Translations under genes and position numbers: made by a program
Part shown: in pieces, positions 15,257 through 24,592 of the stretch
Numbering within the stretch: position 1 is the first letter of the stretch
How the letters are laid out: each line of letters begins with the position of its first letter
Notes under the pieces: model-generated
Told to the model about the DNA's origin: nothing
Seen by the model: only the letters and a program-made list of their open reading frames with translations
Database searches by the model: none
Origin: Candidatus Kuenenia stuttgartensis
Lineage (GTDB): Bacteria > Planctomycetota > Brocadiia > Brocadiales > Brocadiaceae
Reading direction: 5' to 3'
Assembly (NCBI RefSeq): GCF_900232105.1
Contig: NZ_LT934425.1
Location: 1,980,001-2,012,000 of the forward strand
DNA length: 32,000 nucleotides

Positions 15257-17020
15257 ATGTCTAAATTAAAGCGAACGTGTACGTGTGGACAGTTGCGCTT
15301 AAAAGAGGTCGATTCAACGGTAGTTTTGATGGGATGGGTAGATAGCGTTCGGGACCACGGAGGAGTAATTTTTATCGATCTCAGGGACAGAGAGGGAATT
15401 ACCCAGGTGGTTTTTAATCCTGACACGGCAAATAAATCATGTGAACTTGCACATCAATTAAGATCTGAATACGTTATCGCAATAAAGGGAAAGGTTGCTG
15501 CCAGGCCCGCCGGTACCGTCAATCCGGATTTAGCTACCGGCGAGATAGAGGTGCTTGCCGATGAGCTTGAAATTTTTAATAAATCCGAAACGCCGCCATT
15601 TGAAATCATTGACAATTCCAACGTTTCATTAGAATTAAGGCTGAAATATCGTTATCTGGACCTGAGACGTTCAGAAATGCAAACGCATTTAATTTTCCGT
15701 CATAAGGTGTGCCAGACTATACGTGAATATTTTAACACACGGGGTTTTATTGATATTGAGACGCCTGTACTGACAAAGAGTACCCCCGAGGGCGCCAGGG
15801 ACTATCTGGTTCCCAGCAGGGTGAATCATGGCAAGGTATATGCTTTACCGCAATCTCCGCAACTATTTAAGCAGGTGCTTATGGTTTCAGGGTTTGACCG
15901 CTATTTTCAAATCGTCCGGTGTTTCCGGGACGAAGATCTCCGCGCACAACGGCAACCGGAGTTTACCCAAATCGATATGGAAATGTCTTTTGTGGATGAG
16001 GAGGATATTATACAGGTTATCGAAGGGCTGATTGCTGCGATTTTTGAAAAGGTTGTGGGGAAACCGGTCAACCTGCCGTTCCCCAGATTATTGTATCAGG
16101 AGTCCATGGCGTCCTATGGATGCGACGCCCCTGATTTACGATTCGGTATGAGGATACAGGATGTTTCTCACATTGTAAAAGAATCAAACTTTAAGGTTTT
16201 TTTAGAGACAATTAACTCCGGCGGGCAGGTGCGGGCGATAAACGCGGCAGGGTGCGGGCATTATTCGAGAAAAGATATAGATGAATTAACGGAATTTGTA
16301 AGCCAGTTTGGCGCCAGGGGGCTGGCCTGGTTCAAAGTGGAAGAAACAGGTCTGGTTTCCTCAATAACTAAATTTTTTCCTCCGGAAATATTGCAGAAAA
16401 TTCAGCAGCACATGAATGCTAAAGCCGGTGATTTGCTCCTGTTTGTTGCGGATAAGGAAAAGGTCGTATCCCAATCCCTGGCGCATCTCCGGACGCATCT
16501 TGGTCATAAAAACAATCTTATCAATGCAGAGGAATTTAATTTTGTATGGATTGTTGATTTCCCGCTGTTCGAATATAATGAAGATGCGAAACGTTACGTG
16601 GCCCTCCATCACCCGTTTACCTCGCCCCGGTCTGAAGATATTCCTTTCCTGGAGGAAAAACCCTTGGAAGTCAGGGCAAGGGCATACGATCTCGTGCTGA
16701 ATGGCGTGGAGCTTGGAGGAGGCAGTATTCGTATTCATTCCCCTGAAATACAGAAAAGGGTGTTTCGCCTGCTGGGGATAAACGATAACGATGCGTATCA
16801 GAAATTTGGATTTCTGCTGGATGCGTTAAAATTCGGAGCACCGCCCCATGGCGGAATTGCATTGGGAATTGACCGCATGATTGCATTGTTGTTGCACCTT
16901 GACGATATCCGGGAAGTAATCGCATTTCCAAAAACACAGAAAGCTACCTGCCCCATGACGGAAGCCCCTTCTGAAGCAGACCCGCAACAATTAAAAGAAC
17001 TGGGCATAAGCCTTGCCTGA
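15257..17020 (+). CDS. aspS: Aspartate--tRNA ligase (bacterial type; discriminating or non-discriminating not decidable)
   Basis: 587 aa. OB-fold N-terminus (VVLMGWVDSVRDHGGVIFIDLRDREG), then FRDEDLRAQRQPEFTQIDMEMSF, a GAD insertion domain, GGGSIRIH and PPHGGIALGIDR. An AGGAGG RBS lies 10 nt upstream. Confidence 0.95.
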   Translation: MSKLKRTCTCGQLRLKEVDSTVVLMGWVDSVRDHGGVIFIDLRDREGITQVVFNPDTANKSCELAHQLRSEYVIAIKGKVAARPAGTVNPDLATGEIEVLADELEIFNKSETPPFEIIDNSNVSLELRLKYRYLDLRRSEMQTHLIFRHKVCQTIREYFNTRGFIDIETPVLTKSTPEGARDYLVPSRVNHGKVYALPQSPQLFKQVLMVSGFDRYFQIVRCFRDEDLRAQRQPEFTQIDMEMSFVDEEDIIQVIEGLIAAIFEKVVGKPVNLPFPRLLYQESMASYGCDAPDLRFGMRIQDVSHIVKESNFKVFLETINSGGQVRAINAAGCGHYSRKDIDELTEFVSQFGARGLAWFKVEETGLVSSITKFFPPEILQKIQQHMNAKAGDLLLFVADKEKVVSQSLAHLRTHLGHKNNLINAEEFNFVWIVDFPLFEYNEDAKRYVALHHPFTSPRSEDIPFLEEKPLEVRARAYDLVLNGVELGGGSIRIHSPEIQKRVFRLLGINDNDAYQKFGFLLDALKFGAPPHGGIALGIDRMIALLLHLDDIREVIAFPKTQKATCPMTEAPSEADPQQLKELGISLA

Positions 17021-17141
17021 ATATTTTGCCGGGTATTAAAATGAACCTTTATAGAAAGGAGGATATTTTCACTAAAGGGAGAATGTCCTGGTTTTTCAGA
17101 AAAGACCTCAGGAAAAAGGAAGGATACGCCGAAGAATATTT

Positions 17142-17546
17142 ATGAAACAAAAAATGCTTATTATGATTCTATGCGCGTCATTTGTCGTGCTGCTAACTTC
17201 AGTTGGCTTTTATATATATTTGAAGCGCCAACACCATTCATTATCGTACCTGCAAATGGCTGGAGAATATGTGCAGCAGGGGAAATACGACGACGCCATT
17301 CATTTATTGAAAGAGACATTGCGTAATAATCCTCACATTGCGGAGGCGCATGCCGCGTTGGGCATGATATACAACAAAAAAGACCTGCCCGATGAATCTT
17401 TGCAGGAATTGAAAATTGCGCTAACGATGAAACCTGACCTTATAAGTATTTATCAGGAAATGTATAAGGTTTACAAGAAAAAGGGCATGGAGGAAGAAGC
17501 ACAAAAGGCTTTAGGTTCTTATGAAAAATTGAAAGGAAACGAATAA
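17142..17546 (+). CDS. Membrane-anchored TPR repeat protein
   Basis: 134 aa with an N-terminal TM helix (LIMILCASFVVLLTSVGFYIYL) and TPR-like repeats (YDDAIHLLKETLRNNPHIAEAHAALGMIY...). Confidence 0.7.
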   Translation: MKQKMLIMILCASFVVLLTSVGFYIYLKRQHHSLSYLQMAGEYVQQGKYDDAIHLLKETLRNNPHIAEAHAALGMIYNKKDLPDESLQELKIALTMKPDLISIYQEMYKVYKKKGMEEEAQKALGSYEKLKGNE

Positions 17547-17589
17547 AATTTAATTTGTATAGTTTTTGCAAAAGTGTTAACATTTTTTT

Positions 17590-18672
17590 ATGAAGAACTA
17601 TTTAAGACTATTTCCTATATTCATATTTGTTGGCATTTTTACTATGTCTTCTGTATTTGCCGACGCAAATAGCGAAGCAAACAAATTTTACCTGGATGCG
17701 TACAATCTGTACAAGCTGGGGAAACTGGATGAATCTCTGGTATTGCTGGAAAAGGTAATAACTTTGAATCCCAATCACCCAGAGGCTCATTTTGGGATGG
17801 GAAGCATATACTTCCGCCAGGAAAAATTCCAAAAAGCCGTTGAAGCATTTACGAAGGTGACGGAAATCAAACCTAATTATGTGGAGGCATATCAACGGCT
17901 CTGGCTGGCATATAAAAAACTGGGCATGAGTGAAAAAGCCGAACAGGAACTCCTAAAATACCGCAAACTGATAGAAGACCGTATGCAGTCAATGTCGGGT
18001 GGTTCGCCTCAGGTGGTAAAACCAACGGCTCCCGCACAAAAGGAACCTGCGAAAGAAAAGGAACCTGCGAAAGAACAGGAAGAGAAACCAGCAGAACCGG
18101 CAGAAACAAAACAAGTGGCAAGGCCAGTGCCGGAAAAAATAACCCCATCGGGAACAACTAAATCGCCGGAATCGCATGTGACGGAATCCAAGCCGGCTGA
18201 AAAAGAACCCGTGGCCGAAGTTGCGAAAACGGAGGTGAAAAAGCAACCGGAACCCGTTGCCGTAGTACCTGTGAAACCGCAAAAAAAAGAGGCACAATCG
18301 CCTTCTGTTGTTGTTCCGCCGGAATCTCCGCCGGTTGTACCGGAAACAAGGCCTTTAAGACCGGAAAGTCCGTCGGTTGAACTGAAATATAAACCGCATC
18401 TCGATACGGAGTCTGCCGCCAAATATAAAAAATCTTACAAAGGCGACGATCCTACCCTGAAGGGTTTCATTAGAAAATTAAAATCCACGGCTTCATTTTT
18501 GATTAAAAATCCTTTCCGTAGAAGCGACGGAGCAACGGAAAAATCTTATTTTGCAAAACTGGTAAAGGGTGCAGTATATTATGTAGTGGTAATTCAAATT
18601 TGGTTATGCGTTGCTGCGGCGCTATGCATTTATTTTTCTAAACCGAGAAGTAACGACAAGGGAAATGTCTGA
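17590..18672 (+). CDS. TPR repeat protein with Pro/Glu/Lys-rich spacer and C-terminal TM helix
   Basis: 360 aa. Signal-like N-terminus, TPR repeats (LDESLVLLEKVITLNPNHPEAHFGMGSIY...), a low-complexity KEPAKEKEPAKEQEEKPAEP... region that includes an exact 18-nt tandem duplication (18040-18057 / 18058-18075), and a C-terminal hydrophobic helix. Confidence 0.7.
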   Translation: MKNYLRLFPIFIFVGIFTMSSVFADANSEANKFYLDAYNLYKLGKLDESLVLLEKVITLNPNHPEAHFGMGSIYFRQEKFQKAVEAFTKVTEIKPNYVEAYQRLWLAYKKLGMSEKAEQELLKYRKLIEDRMQSMSGGSPQVVKPTAPAQKEPAKEKEPAKEQEEKPAEPAETKQVARPVPEKITPSGTTKSPESHVTESKPAEKEPVAEVAKTEVKKQPEPVAVVPVKPQKKEAQSPSVVVPPESPPVVPETRPLRPESPSVELKYKPHLDTESAAKYKKSYKGDDPTLKGFIRKLKSTASFLIKNPFRRSDGATEKSYFAKLVKGAVYYVVVIQIWLCVAAALCIYFSKPRSNDKGNV

Positions 18673-18692
18673 GTATAATAAGGATATAAACT

Positions 18693-19145
18693 ATGAAACT
18701 ATGCCCTTTTTGTGCAGAAGAAATTAAGGACGAAGCTATTAAGTGCCGTTTTTGCGGCGAATTTTTGACTTCTTCTCACGAAGAGGTCGGTGAAAGAGAG
18801 CCCAAAACCGGATATACTCCCTCATCTAAAAACCTCTATAAAAAAACAAGGCCTCAGAAGGGCAAAAAAACTCTTCCGCAACACATTGCTGGTAAGGAAG
18901 AAGAACGGCTAATGTCTCAACAACAATCGGAGGGGCAAACACCGCTTCAGACGGTTTATGCGCCGCCGGCAGTTGAAGTGAAGAAATCGATAAAAGAAGC
19001 ATCTGCCATTGTCTTCCCTGGAAAATCCGGCGAGGTAAAAAAGAAGAAAAAAGACTGGGTATTAATAATTGCGATTATTGTATTTGGTATTTTACTTCTG
19101 GTAATACAATTCAGCAAACAACTTGGCATAGAGGGATTTCCGTAA
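18693..19145 (+). CDS. Zinc-ribbon domain membrane protein
   Basis: 150 aa with an N-terminal CPFC-x12-CRFC zinc ribbon, a charged linker and a C-terminal TM helix (WVLIIAIIVFGILLLVIQF). Confidence 0.6.
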   Translation: MKLCPFCAEEIKDEAIKCRFCGEFLTSSHEEVGEREPKTGYTPSSKNLYKKTRPQKGKKTLPQHIAGKEEERLMSQQQSEGQTPLQTVYAPPAVEVKKSIKEASAIVFPGKSGEVKKKKKDWVLIIAIIVFGILLLVIQFSKQLGIEGFP

Positions 19146-19204
19146 TCTTCAGAACATCGTAGTTTTTTGAAAAATTCCAATAATAGCGATGTTTGCCTCA
19201 TAGT

Positions 19205-19226
19205 GTAGGGGCGAAGCATTTGCTGC
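19205..19226 (+). repeat. Copy of dispersed motif family B (GGGCRAAGCATTTGC)
   Basis: gtaggggcgaagcatttgctgc. Related copies are at 20481-20496 (same orientation) and 20532-20547 (inverted). Confidence 0.6.
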
Positions 19227-19230
19227 AACT

Positions 19231-19275
19231 AAAAAGGGGTGCATCCCGCTCTTTTATAAAAGCGGTATGCACCCC
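19231..19275 (-). terminator. Rho-independent terminator between convergent genes (best fit for the minus-strand thioredoxin-like gene)
   Basis: ggggtgcatcccgctcttttat / ataaaagcggtatgcacccc forms a long imperfect hairpin (19236-19275). On the minus strand it is followed by TTTTT (complement of aaaaa at 19231-19235). It lies 40 nt after the minus-strand stop. Confidence 0.5.
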
Positions 19276-19314
19276 GGTATGCTTCCTTCCGCAGAGTAAA
19301 AGCTCTTATCGCCA

Positions 19315-20259
19315 CTACCTGAATGAAGGTATATCCTCAGATTCGGTTTCGGAAAGGATTGCTGCAACAGTCATTGTTATTCCACGAATTTCATTTCCAA
19401 TATAGCGTACCTTGCTTTTCCTGTCTAATACATATATCAAGGGTAAATTCTGCACATTATAAAGTTGGGCCAGTTCACCTTTAAATTGTTCTCCGTCAAA
19501 TATCTGCGGCCAATCAAACCGTTCTTGTTGCATAAAACTTATAAGGTTTTCAAGATCATTATCCAGACTTATTCCTATGAATTTCACCCCCTGACTTCCC
19601 AAATTGGTGTACATTCTCATGATCTTCGGAAATTCCTGGATGCATGGTTCTGCCCATGTCGCCCAGAAAAACAAGAGAACAACCTCGCCCTTGTAGTCCG
19701 CCAGGTTAACAGTCTTTCCATTTACATCCTTTACGCTGAACATTGGGGCTTCCACACCCATTTGTGTAGTGTTGCTCAAGTCTCCTCTAAAACTGGCGGC
19801 AGCCTGGGGTTCTATTTCTTTTAATGCCGCAATAGTTTTTTTTGCATTTACAACGTCACCCTTACCCAGAAGGGCCTGTATTTTAAAATAAAGCGTTCGC
19901 GCCTTAAAATTTTTGTCGACCCCTTCCTGACTCAATACAGTATCAAAGCATTTTACCGCCTCATCAAATTTTCTCGTCATGTTGTACACATTACCGATAA
20001 AAAAGGTTGCTTCCAGACCCTCCCAGGTTCCCTCGTATTTTTTTTCCAGTTTTTTTAAATCCTTAAGGAAATCTTTGTAGAAATTTTCAGCATCTTTTAA
20101 TTTCATTTCCGTTAACCCGCTCAGGTTTTTTCTTAGCAATTCAAGTTGTTTTGCAGCTTCCTGATTATGTGCAAGCTCCTTTGCAAAAGATACCTGGCTT
20201 ACAAAAGAAAAAAACAGTGCCGAAATTATTGTTACAACAAAAAGACAATTTTTCTTCAT
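19315..20259 (-). CDS. TPR-like N-terminal domain fused to a TlpA/ResA-like thioredoxin-fold domain (AxxC variant)
   Basis: The ORF is trimmed to ATG20259 (MKKNCLFVVTIISALFFSFVSQVSFA signal peptide, AGGAG RBS 8 nt upstream). The C-terminal half FSVKDVNGKTVNLADYKGEVVLLFFWATWAEPCIQEFP is the TlpA/redoxin pattern, but the active site reads W-A-E-P-C instead of W-C-x-P-C. Confidence 0.8.
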   Translation of the reverse strand: MKKNCLFVVTIISALFFSFVSQVSFAKELAHNQEAAKQLELLRKNLSGLTEMKLKDAENFYKDFLKDLKKLEKKYEGTWEGLEATFFIGNVYNMTRKFDEAVKCFDTVLSQEGVDKNFKARTLYFKIQALLGKGDVVNAKKTIAALKEIEPQAAASFRGDLSNTTQMGVEAPMFSVKDVNGKTVNLADYKGEVVLLFFWATWAEPCIQEFPKIMRMYTNLGSQGVKFIGISLDNDLENLISFMQQERFDWPQIFDGEQFKGELAQLYNVQNLPLIYVLDRKSKVRYIGNEIRGITMTVAAILSETESEDIPSFR

Positions 20260-20480
20260 GGTATAAACTCCTAAAGTCCCTATGGATAATGTGATGTTAA
20301 AAAAATAACGCCTGTAATATAGCGGCAATTCAAGAATTGCAGTTGCTATAGTACTACACGGTGAAAGCTTATTTTTTGCGGGTTTTTTTCGCGGCCTTCA
20401 TGTTCTTCGCGGTTGAACTATTTTGGGTTTGCAGCTTTGCCTTCTATGTCAGCAAGGATACAAAACATGGCAACAGTCTG

Positions 20481-20547
20481 AGGGCAAAGCATTTGCTATA
20501 AATTGTCATGAATGCGTTCATACCCAAACGTGCAAATGCTTCGCCCT
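20481..20547. repeat. Inverted repeat of family B motif (20481-20496 / 20532-20547)
   Basis: agggcaaagcatttgc ... gcaaatgcttcgccct gives 15/16 complementary positions separated by 35 nt. Confidence 0.65.
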
Positions 20548-20550
20548 TAC

Positions 20551-20574
20551 TTTTTAAAAAAACTAAAATGTTAC
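20551..20574 (+). repeat. Solo copy of family F motif (MITE end-like)
   Basis: tttttaaaaaaactaaaatgttac closely matches the reverse complement of the left end of the 9676-9973 element, apart from one mismatch and one extra T. Confidence 0.55.
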
Positions 20575-20887
20575 AATAAATCTATTTTTCAGAAAGCCGC
20601 CTAAAGCCTGATTTATATTGAAAAGAAATAAGGGAAGGAGGGGGGAAATATTTTACACGTTCGTATTAACATGCTATGAATTTGAAAAGTTCCCGCAATC
20701 CTTACGTTAAAAAAGAATACAAGACAGCGGGCTATGCTAACACAGAATACATCCTTTATTCAAGACTCATTTTCGGTAAAATTATTAACACTATATGACA
20801 AACGCGGCTATCGTTGGAATTTTTTAAAAAACGAACTTGTTACGTTTTTTACAATGCTTATAGAAAAGGTGTGTTTTAAAATTTACG

Positions 20888-20917
20888 TTGCAAAAAAGCC
20901 GTCTTTCCTTTTAGAAT
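20888..20917 (+). promoter_or_regulatory. Candidate sigma70-like promoter for the M16 peptidase operon
   Basis: TTGCAA (20888-20893), an 18-nt spacer and TAGAAT (20912-20917), about 160 nt upstream of ATG21075. Confidence 0.25.
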
Positions 20918-21074
20918 GAAACTGGTGGTTTTCTTATTAATTTGATATTTACAGACAGTGTTCATGTTTTCGATAAAAAGATTTTTGTCACGGATGCCAT
21001 GTTTTTTATAATCCGATATTTTTAAAACCATTATCTATATTTTTATCAGATGAATAACCGGGAGTACGTATAAA

Positions 21075-22580
21075 ATGATACAAACGAAACGTCTCATATC
21101 TTTTGCAATCGTGAATTTTTTAGTCATCTTTCTTATTTCACTGAAGGCGCATGCCGAACCGCTCAAATTAGACGTAAAGGAACACGTTCTCGGGAACGGC
21201 CTGAAGCTGCTCATGCTGGAGAAACACGAGGTGCCTATTGTCTGCCTTCGGATTAATTTCCGGGTAGGTTCTGTGGATGAAAGGCCTGGTATTACCGGCG
21301 TTTCTCATCTCTTCGAGCACATGATGTTTAAGGGAACAAAAATATTTGGAACGAAAGATTATGCTGTCGAAAAACCGTTGCTTGAAAAAGAAGACGCGCT
21401 GGTAGCAGAAATTGCATGGGAAACCGGAAAAGAACTCCATGACAAGAAAAAAATTGCCGCATTAGAAAAAGAATTGCAAACGACAAGGGGAAGACTGCGG
21501 GATTTGGCGGTAAAGGATGAAATATTTTCCCTCTACCTGCGACATGGTGCGGTCGGATTAAATGCTGCAACATCTTCTGACGGCACGTTCTATATCTGCA
21601 ACATTCCCGCAAATAAACTGGAGTTGTGGGCTTTTATCGAATCAGACCGAATGAAAAACCGCGTATTAAGGGAATTCTATTCCGAACGTGACGTTGTAAT
21701 GGAAGAGCGGCGGACAAGAACGGAAACAAGCCCGTTTGGCGCATTAATAGAACAACTTAATGCGGTAACATTTATTGCGCATCCCTATCGTTTGCCCACA
21801 ATAGGATGGAGTTCAGATATTCAAAATCTAACAAAGGCGGAAACCGCCGGGTATTTTGAACAATATTATACCCCGAATAATGCCGTGATTGTGATGGTAG
21901 GGAATTTTAAGCAGGATGATGCAATAAAACTGATTGAAAAATATTTTGGCGATATTCCCCGCCAGCCTGACCCGCCAAAAGTTAAGACCGCTGAGCCTGA
22001 GCAAAAGGGAGAGCGGCGGATAGAGGTGGAGTTTGATTCGAACCCTTATATGGCTATTTCATATCACATTTCGGGAATAGACCACCCCGACATCTATGCA
22101 TTGGATGTATTGAGTTCCCTTCTTTCTGACGGAAGAACATCGCGTTTGTATAAATCTATGATCGAGGGAAAACGCATTGCAGTAATGGCGAATGCAGGCA
22201 TTGGCGTCGGAAGATTTCCGGAAACCTTTACCTTTTATGCCGCCCCCAGAGCCCCCCATACCGTTGAAGAGGTAGAGGCGGCGTTTTATGAGGAAGTAGA
22301 ATTGCTCAAAACCAAGCCTCCATCTGAATGGGAGTTGCAAAAGATTAAAAATCAATTGGAGGCAAGCTTCATACGAAGGCTGGAAAGTGCCTCCGGCCTT
22401 GCCAGTGAGATAGGGTATTATGAGATTATTTCCGACTGGAGGTATATTAACACCGTTCTGGAAAAAGTAAGCGAAGTCACTGCTGAGGATGTCACAAGGG
22501 TTGCAAAGAAATATCTGATAAAGAAAAACCGTACCGTTGCTATGTTGGTTAAGAAAGAAAATGGGGAGAGTGCAAAGTGA
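21075..22580 (+). CDS. M16 family zinc metallopeptidase (pitrilysin-like), catalytically competent subunit
   Basis: 501 aa with a signal-like N-terminus and the inverted zinc motif HLFEHMMFKGT (HxxEH), plus downstream Glu residues in ERDVVMEERR. Confidence 0.9.
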   Translation: MIQTKRLISFAIVNFLVIFLISLKAHAEPLKLDVKEHVLGNGLKLLMLEKHEVPIVCLRINFRVGSVDERPGITGVSHLFEHMMFKGTKIFGTKDYAVEKPLLEKEDALVAEIAWETGKELHDKKKIAALEKELQTTRGRLRDLAVKDEIFSLYLRHGAVGLNAATSSDGTFYICNIPANKLELWAFIESDRMKNRVLREFYSERDVVMEERRTRTETSPFGALIEQLNAVTFIAHPYRLPTIGWSSDIQNLTKAETAGYFEQYYTPNNAVIVMVGNFKQDDAIKLIEKYFGDIPRQPDPPKVKTAEPEQKGERRIEVEFDSNPYMAISYHISGIDHPDIYALDVLSSLLSDGRTSRLYKSMIEGKRIAVMANAGIGVGRFPETFTFYAAPRAPHTVEEVEAAFYEEVELLKTKPPSEWELQKIKNQLEASFIRRLESASGLASEIGYYEIISDWRYINTVLEKVSEVTAEDVTRVAKKYLIKKNRTVAMLVKKENGESAK

Positions 22581-24064
22581 GCATAAAAAGATATCAGCAT
22601 CTTATTATATGTGTAGTCTGTTTCGTATGTGTTTTTTCTATAAACAATTTCCGGACACTACGTGCGGAGCACCAAAAAGAGGTACCTCCCTCCTCCGGCA
22701 AGCCTAAATCCGAAGGAGCAAGGATATTATCAAAATTTAAATTTGCACCTCTCGGCTTTAATCCTCCAAAGGCAGAGAGGCTGGTGTTGGATAACGGCGT
22801 AATCCTTTACTTGCTGGAAAATCATGATTTACCGATTATAAATGTAACGGCGCGAATCAGAACAGGGGCTATTTATGAACCAGCGGAAAAGGCCGGGCTG
22901 GCAAGTTTGACGGGAGATGTTATGCGGAGCGGTGGCACGGTATCCATGCCGCCTGACAAAATGAATGAGGAACTGGAATTCATAGCAGCCTCAGTGGAGA
23001 CTTTTATAGGCAGAGAGTCAGGCGGTGCAAGCCTCTCCGTGCTTAAAAAAGACATGGACAAAGGGCTTAGGATTTTTGCCGACGTGCTGAGAAATCCCGC
23101 ATTTCCCGAAGACAAAATAAGGATGGAAAAGGATGAAACCATTGAATCCATCCGAAGGGAAAACGACCGGCCACAGCAAATCGCAGGGAGAGAATTTCGC
23201 AAGATACTCTATGAAAGCAGTCATCCGTACAGCAGAAGAGTGGACGGCACTCTGGAATCCATAGAAAAAATTACGAGAAACGACATGATTGCATTTCATA
23301 AAAAATTTTTCCGTCCGAACAATATAATAATTGGCATTTCCGGCGATTTTGACCGAAAAGCGATGATTAGTAAATTGAATGAGGTTTTTAAGGGATGGGA
23401 AAAGGGGAAAAACATTATCCCTGATATACCAAAGGTCAAATACGAACTAAACAAATCGGTAAACTACGTATATAAAGACATCAATCAGGCAAACGTCATC
23501 ATGGGGCACCTGGGGATACACAGGAGGAGCCCTGACTATTTCCCCATTGAGATTATGAATTTTATTCTTGGCGGCGGAGGGTTTAATGCCCGAATAACAA
23601 GCAGGATACGTTCCGATGAAGGGCTTGCTTATTCAGCATTTAGCAGTTTTCAAACATCTCAGGACCTTGGCATGTTTTATGTAATGTGCCAGACCAAACT
23701 GGAATCCACCAATCGCGCTATTTCAATTGCGCTGGAGGAAATCGAAAGAATGCGCACCACACCGGTAGACAATGAAGAATTAACGCATGCCAAAGAGACT
23801 TTCTTAAATCAGTTTGTTTTCCGTTTTACTACAAGCGCGAGCATTGTTGCGCAAATGGTAGATATTGAATACGAAGGCCTGCCGCTGGACTATCTGGAAA
23901 CGTATGAGAATAATATCCAGGCAGTGTCTGTTGAAGACATAAAAAGGGTGGCACAAAAATATTTACACCCGGACAAAATCTGCATCCTTGTTGTTGGAAA
24001 TAAGGATAAATTTGACAAACCGCTTGACACTTTCGGCAAGGTCAACGAGGTCTTGTTGGAGTAA
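22577..24064 (+). CDS. M16 family peptidase-like protein lacking the HxxEH motif (non-catalytic partner)
   Basis: 495 aa with a GTG start overlapping the upstream stop (GTGA). The fold pattern is M16-like (LENHDLPIINVTARIRTGAIYEP...), but the position of HxxEH reads GLASLTGDVMRSGGT. Confidence 0.85.
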   Translation: MSIKRYQHLIICVVCFVCVFSINNFRTLRAEHQKEVPPSSGKPKSEGARILSKFKFAPLGFNPPKAERLVLDNGVILYLLENHDLPIINVTARIRTGAIYEPAEKAGLASLTGDVMRSGGTVSMPPDKMNEELEFIAASVETFIGRESGGASLSVLKKDMDKGLRIFADVLRNPAFPEDKIRMEKDETIESIRRENDRPQQIAGREFRKILYESSHPYSRRVDGTLESIEKITRNDMIAFHKKFFRPNNIIIGISGDFDRKAMISKLNEVFKGWEKGKNIIPDIPKVKYELNKSVNYVYKDINQANVIMGHLGIHRRSPDYFPIEIMNFILGGGGFNARITSRIRSDEGLAYSAFSSFQTSQDLGMFYVMCQTKLESTNRAISIALEEIERMRTTPVDNEELTHAKETFLNQFVFRFTTSASIVAQMVDIEYEGLPLDYLETYENNIQAVSVEDIKRVAQKYLHPDKICILVVGNKDKFDKPLDTFGKVNEVLLE

Positions 24065-24103
24065 GCTCCGGAAATACCCGCAAAAAACGAGGCTGAATAA
24101 ACC

Positions 24104-24592
24104 ATGGTTGAAACAATGGCGATAACAATGGAGCTGCCGGAGGGGGCAAATATAATAATCGGCCAGGCCCATTTCATAAAAACGGCAGAGGATATTTACG
24201 AAACCCTTATAAATGCAGCGCCGGGAATAAAATTTGGCATTGCGTTTTGCGAAGCTTCCGGCCCCAGGCTTATAAGAATCGAGGGGAACGATGAATATCT
24301 GCAGGAGACGTCCGCAAGAAATGCGAAAAACATTGCCGCAGGCCATACATTTGTAATCCTAATGAAAGAGGCATATCCCATAAATGTATTAAATGCCCTG
24401 AAATTATGTCCAGAGGTGTGTACTGTTTTTTGTGCTACCGCCAATCCCCTTCAGGTTATTGTGGCCAAAACAGTGCAGGGGAACGGCATAATCGGCGTAG
24501 TTGACGGATATAGTCCGGCAGGGACCGAAACTGAAAAAGATATTAGGGACAGAAGACAACTATTGCGTAAAATAGGATATAAGCTCCCTTGA
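24104..24592 (+). CDS. Adenosine-specific kinase family protein (Pfam Adenosine_kin-like)
   Basis: 162 aa. PEGANIIIGQAHFIKTAEDIYETLINAAPGIKFGIAFCEASGPRLIRIEGNDE...AGHTFVILMKEAYPINVLNALKLCPEVCTVFCATANPLQVIV...GIIGVVDG closely follows the family consensus as I remember it. Confidence 0.7.
   Translation: MVETMAITMELPEGANIIIGQAHFIKTAEDIYETLINAAPGIKFGIAFCEASGPRLIRIEGNDEYLQETSARNAKNIAAGHTFVILMKEAYPINVLNALKLCPEVCTVFCATANPLQVIVAKTVQGNGIIGVVDGYSPAGTETEKDIRDRRQLLRKIGYKLP

Noticed and set aside
17873-18422. Cluster of minus-strand ORFs (17873-18157, 17989-18297, 18009-18422, 18158-18349)
   Set aside because: They are artefacts of the low-complexity Pro/Glu/Lys-coding region of the TPR protein, which stays open in several frames.
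19193-19824. ORFs 19193-19405 (+) and 19465-19824 (+)
   Set aside because: The first spans repeat/terminator DNA and the 3' end of the thioredoxin-like gene. The second is antisense to that gene.
20734-20919. 61-aa ORF in the long intergenic region
   Set aside because: It is AT-rich, has no RBS and no motif, and overlaps the candidate promoter of the M16 operon.
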